Assembly (NCBI GenBank): GCA_907165135.1
Contig: OU015570.1
Span: forward strand, 1,550,001-1,614,000
Origin: Oikopleura dioica
Taxonomy: Eukaryota; Animalia; Chordata
Direction: 5' to 3'
Length of the DNA stretch: 64,000 bases
Below the pieces are notes generated by a model, which worked only from the letters and a program-made list of their open reading frames with translations, was not told the origin of the DNA and did no database searches. The position numbers and the translations under genes were made by a program. The stretch's first letter is position 1; each line of letters starts with the position of its first letter. Below, in pieces: positions 59,975 to 64,000 of the stretch.

Positions 59975-60640
59975 ATGAATGATGCACCAAGATCGAAAAA
60001 GGCCCACAAAATGGTGCGCGTTAATAAAAGAAAACTTACCGTTTTGGAACACTTGGAAAAACTCGAAGAAGATTCTGATGCAGGTTCGGAAATATCTGAT
60101 ATTCAAGAAATTCCAGACGTATCTGATGATGAAAGAGCACGATGGGCTTTACTCCAAATTCCAAGATCGACTTTGTCTGAGAATGTTTATCCGACATTTA
60201 AAAGCTTTAAATGTATTCCTGACAAGAAAAATTACGCATTGATAAATACTCTGAAGAAATTGGATGATCATCAATTGATTATTTTCATAAAAGAGGAGAT
60301 AAGAGTTCACCATGTTCATGAATTGCTGGAATCAAAAAGAATGATTTCCGATTTGTTGGTGGACTCATACATATTTCTATTGCAAGAATATTTGCTCCAA
60401 CATAATCCAGAAAAAATCATGCTTCAATCATCGCTATTTTGGAGACAACTCGAATCTGACGAACACTTGATTCACCCGAGTAACATCAAGACAGTATTGC
60501 TCTTTCCGATTCTTCGACGTTCCCATTGGTTCTTTTGCAAGGTTGATGTGAAAAGGAAAAGTATCGAGTTTTTCTGCTCGATGAATGGCAATTATGATGG
60601 AATCGGCCTAGGAGCGGATGGAAGGAATTCTTATTTCTAA
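59975..60640 (+). CDS. Ulp1/SENP (peptidase C48) domain, probably fused to the MULE transposase across an A-run frameshift
   Basis: MISDLLVDSYIFLL, QSSLFW, VLLFPILRRSHWFFCKVDVKRKSIEFFCSM (catalytic His in HW). The ORF overlaps the transposase stop (ATGA) just after aaaagaaaaaaaaagac. The catalytic Cys motif was not confidently located. Confidence 0.7.
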   Translation: MNDAPRSKKAHKMVRVNKRKLTVLEHLEKLEEDSDAGSEISDIQEIPDVSDDERARWALLQIPRSTLSENVYPTFKSFKCIPDKKNYALINTLKKLDDHQLIIFIKEEIRVHHVHELLESKRMISDLLVDSYIFLLQEYLLQHNPEKIMLQSSLFWRQLESDEHLIHPSNIKTVLLFPILRRSHWFFCKVDVKRKSIEFFCSMNGNYDGIGLGADGRNSYF

Positions 60641-60831
60641 TTGGTTACTGTAGCATATTTATTACACAGTGGGTTACCAGGTTTTCATTTACCAGTGATA
60701 ATTTCAAAAAACTTTTTCGAAAATCGTTTTCTGTAATTGCAGTTTTCTTGAGCTCATCAAGACGAGTTAAATGATGGGTCTGCCTCCTGATATCTCAAAT
60801 GATTTTGTTTATAGATAATTATGTGGGGTTT

Positions 60832-60957
60832 CCTTACATGGTACAGATCCTTACATGGTATAGATCCTTACATGGTACATTTCCTTACATGGTACAAAAA
60901 TCAAATTGTACCATGTAAGGATTTTGTACCATGTAAGGATTTTTGTACCATGTAAGG
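60832..60957. repeat. Mirror array: 4x ccttacatggta(c/t)a followed by 3 inverted copies
   Basis: Units read directly. Preceded by ggggtttccttaca, like the terminus of 968-1092. Confidence 0.8.
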
Positions 60958-61498
60958 AATTTCAGAATAGAATCTTTTCAAAAACAAAAATCGACTAGTT
61001 AACCTGAAATATAATTCTGCTAGACCCCCCCCTCGAGCAAATTTTTTTCATTTTCAAAAATCAAATTACTGCTTCTGTGCACTGTGAGTAATAAATAAAG
61101 TAAATTTCAAAAGAAAAGCCGCAAAAATGTCTTGAAACTGGATAACACCGATTTTTTAAGACATTTTTTATGAATGCTATTATCGCTTATTGAAAAATAA
61201 CAAAATAACAGTAAAATAACGCATTGCAATTTCTTGAGCTTTGAGAGGAGTGTCTTTTGCGCTAGTGTGGAGGTTTTTCGGCTTTGGTAAGCTTTTTCCG
61301 GGCGTGCGGTGAACATTCGACGATGACGATAATGGCTATGGTTGACTTTGAACTCTTGATGAATATGTTGAATTTTGAACTCTCTTGGCTGCTTTTGGAT
61401 CTGGTGAAGCCATGAACAAGGCGTGTTTTGCTCTATCGGATATTCTAGGGAGATAAATTAGGAAACTATTTCGAAAGAATTGAGTTTTTTTTTCTTAC

Positions 61499-61985
<487 letters not shown>

Positions 61986-62584
61986 ATTTTGTGGTTTATC
62001 CTTGACGACTCTTTTCTTGTTTTTGATTCTCTTCTGTGGCTTTTTCTCAGTGGTTCACTCATGTTTCTGATTTGGATCATCCGGTTTTGGTTCTAGCTCG
62101 GCTCTAGAATAAGCTTATTATTTTGGGTGTAGATCGTCAAATTTATCAGTTGCGTGATGGAAGCGACTAACAAGCCGATTCAACAAGAAAAAAATGCAAC
62201 TAATCAGGAGAACGATAAAAAAAAGGCTGAGGAAGCTGAGAAAGCTTCCAAAAAATTTGTCATGGCCGCCAATCACCTCAAGATGAAAGTTTTGCCACCG
62301 CCGACAAGATTAGAATACGACGATGTTTTAAATGGATCAGAGTCTAATCCTCAAGTAATAACGATCCAAATGGACTACGGTTCGCTCCGTATTTATGTGA
62401 AGGAAGCACTTTCCCTGTTTTTGTTCCATATTTCAACAAGGGACATCTCAAAATCGATTCAATTCGACAAAAAAGGAACGCTTTGAATCTCATAAAACAT
62501 ACCTTTTGATAAGTTTTGATGGCTCTTAGCAGCGCTCAGGCCATCTCGATTAGAGTATCATTCCAAAATACCGATATAGACCTC

Positions 62585-62655
62585 GGCGAGTTGGTGCAGT
62601 GGTAGCACTCCCCGTCCGGACGTGGGCAACCTAGGTTCGATTCCTAGACTTGTCT
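62585..62655 (+). tRNA. tRNA-like element/pseudo-tRNA (nominal anticodon CGG, mispaired anticodon stem)
   Basis: Acceptor GGCGAGT/ACTTGTC, D stem GTGC/GCAC with loop AGTGGTA, T stem CTAGG/CCTAG with loop TTCGATT. The 17-nt anticodon arm has only 3 of 5 pairs and C33. TTTT lies just downstream. Confidence 0.65.
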
Positions 62656-63523
62656 GAATTTTCAGCTTGAGCGATGTTAAAAACCATCAGTTTAATGTCG
62701 TTTTCTTCTAACAAGCATTTTCATTGGTACTGTCCGGGTCGATCTTGTCGTAACCATCATTCACTGAATATTAATTTAGCAGTTGTTTTTTTATTTAAAG
62801 CGCATGAAAAGGCAGGGCCTATATTCGGGCTACGTGTTCGGCTAAAAATCGAGGCTGTTGCAAAAGATTGGTCATTTTTTTATCCTGTCATGATCCGACG
62901 CAAGATGCATTTTGGCATGCAAAAAATTTTACTATTGAGGAAGTTAAAGGAACTGTTTAAAGAAATAATGATCAAAGATAAGCTACAAACCAATAATTTG
63001 AACTCTATTGAACATAAAAAGGCACTCATGGGTCGAGAAAAAGAGTCCCTTGGAACTTTCGCAACATGTCTAAAGAACAGAAGCTTTTGGCGAAAAAAAT
63101 TGATGGAAATGGCGAAGGAAATAGATGGATGTGTACAAGAATTTACGAGAATGAAAGAAAGTTACGATCTATGGATATCTTTGACCAAGCAACACGACGC
63201 AATAAGGCCACATTTTAAACAACTACGTGCAGAGCTGCAAAAAGCGAACGGATGCATTGTAATTGGACCTGATGATGTTAAGCTTTCAAATTCGAAATCG
63301 CAAAAATTACTTGCGAATAAACTGTCGGAAAGGATGATTAAATACTCACCTTGATTCATCAACCACTAATCTTCGTACAGCTGAAGGTTATTCCAAGTAA
63401 AACAGCTCTATCATCTAGCGCGTAGTCTTCTTTGATTTCAGTGATTCTTCTTATAGCGCACATGTGGATTCGTTTTCCTAAATGTAGTTTATAATCATTC
63501 AAAAAAAGAAATATCGTAAAGGC

Positions 63524-64000
63524 ATGGACCAGGAAGACGCCGACCCATTTATTGTTGCCGACTTTATTGGCGGCGAAAAATACTATTGTACTGGGCAAGG
63601 ATACGAGCATGAGTGCTTCTCAAAATTTAGAGTCTACGCAACAACAAATGATTGGGCAAATGTCGAAATTGCGCCAAAGTTGGGTTTTGATGGAAACTAT
63701 AAAATCGGTAAAGAGGCGAAAAAAGAAGTTAATGGCGGAAAATCGTGGCAAGTCATTATCATCTGCCAAGCTGGACGATTTTTTTTATCCCAAACGAAGA
63801 ATTTTGCGAGCATTCGAATTGTTTGTCTGCTACCATCGAAAAAATCGGAGGACTACGAGCTCTTGTTATCTGGGATTCTATGGAAAACTAAAGGCCTGAA
63901 AAATTTGCGAGCGATATCATTAGACTACGAGACTGGAATACGCTGTGCTCTTGCAAAGTGCTTTGGGGAAGCTGTAAAGCATCTTTATTGCAGCTTTCAT
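63524..64000 (+). CDS. Second MULE-like transposase, core runs off the window end; ORF 62674-63354 may be its N-terminal part
   Basis: Open frame not in the ORF track: LGFDGNYKIG (D1), WQVIII, CLLPSKKSEDYELL, ISLDYETG (D2), LYCSFH. The upstream ORF has WYCPGRSCRNHH. Confidence 0.8.
   Translation, partial: MDQEDADPFIVADFIGGEKYYCTGQGYEHECFSKFRVYATTNDWANVEIAPKLGFDGNYKIGKEAKKEVNGGKSWQVIIICQAGRFFLSQTKNFASIRIVCLLPSKKSEDYELLLSGILWKTKGLKNLRAISLDYETGIRCALAKCFGEAVKHLYCSFH

Larger units (their letters stand above)
54854..59978 (+). pseudogene. MULE (Mutator-like) DDE transposase, multi-exon, interrupted by a ~2.4-kb insert
   Basis: N-terminal C-x4-C...H finger (KCTTAGC...CH). LHKDGIM (D1, exon from 56082), YQIVIV...KKYETYEELI, VSDWEAGF (D2), RCSFHLIQ. 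After the insert: FSQYLLDTYIG...PADW and STNNQAESQN (E). Confidence 0.8.

Noticed and set aside
63552-63899. ORF-track proteins 63552-63899 (+) and 63359-63610 (-)
   Set aside because: Wrong frames. The real signal is the MULE transposase frame starting at 63524, which has no stop before the window end.

Overview
AT-rich eukaryotic DNA made almost entirely of nested transposable elements. The short (about 40-160 nt) introns, env-carrying Ty3/gypsy elements and very high MITE density suggest a larvacean tunicate such as Oikopleura; this is an inference and no database was searched. The window holds two large minus-strand gypsy/Tor-like LTR retroelements. Element A (about 11.8-22.9 kb) has gag-PR-RT-RH-IN, a class I fusion env and an extra ORF. 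Element B (36433-43850) has both LTRs. Also present: a pol-less LTR element (50038-53484); a 779-bp TRIM whose LTRs each contain a tRNA-like Pol III unit (28219-28997); an apparently intact two-intron pogo DD30D transposon (25937-28002); two MULE-like transposases, the first followed by a Ulp1/C48 domain and interrupted by host-gene fragments (LIPT1, COLGALT); Polinton/Maverick ATPase and integrase remnants; truncated copies of SLC33A1 and poly(A) polymerase; and many foldback MITEs. Many frameshifts fall in homopolymers, so some may be assembly errors rather than true decay. Family assignments come from motif recognition only.
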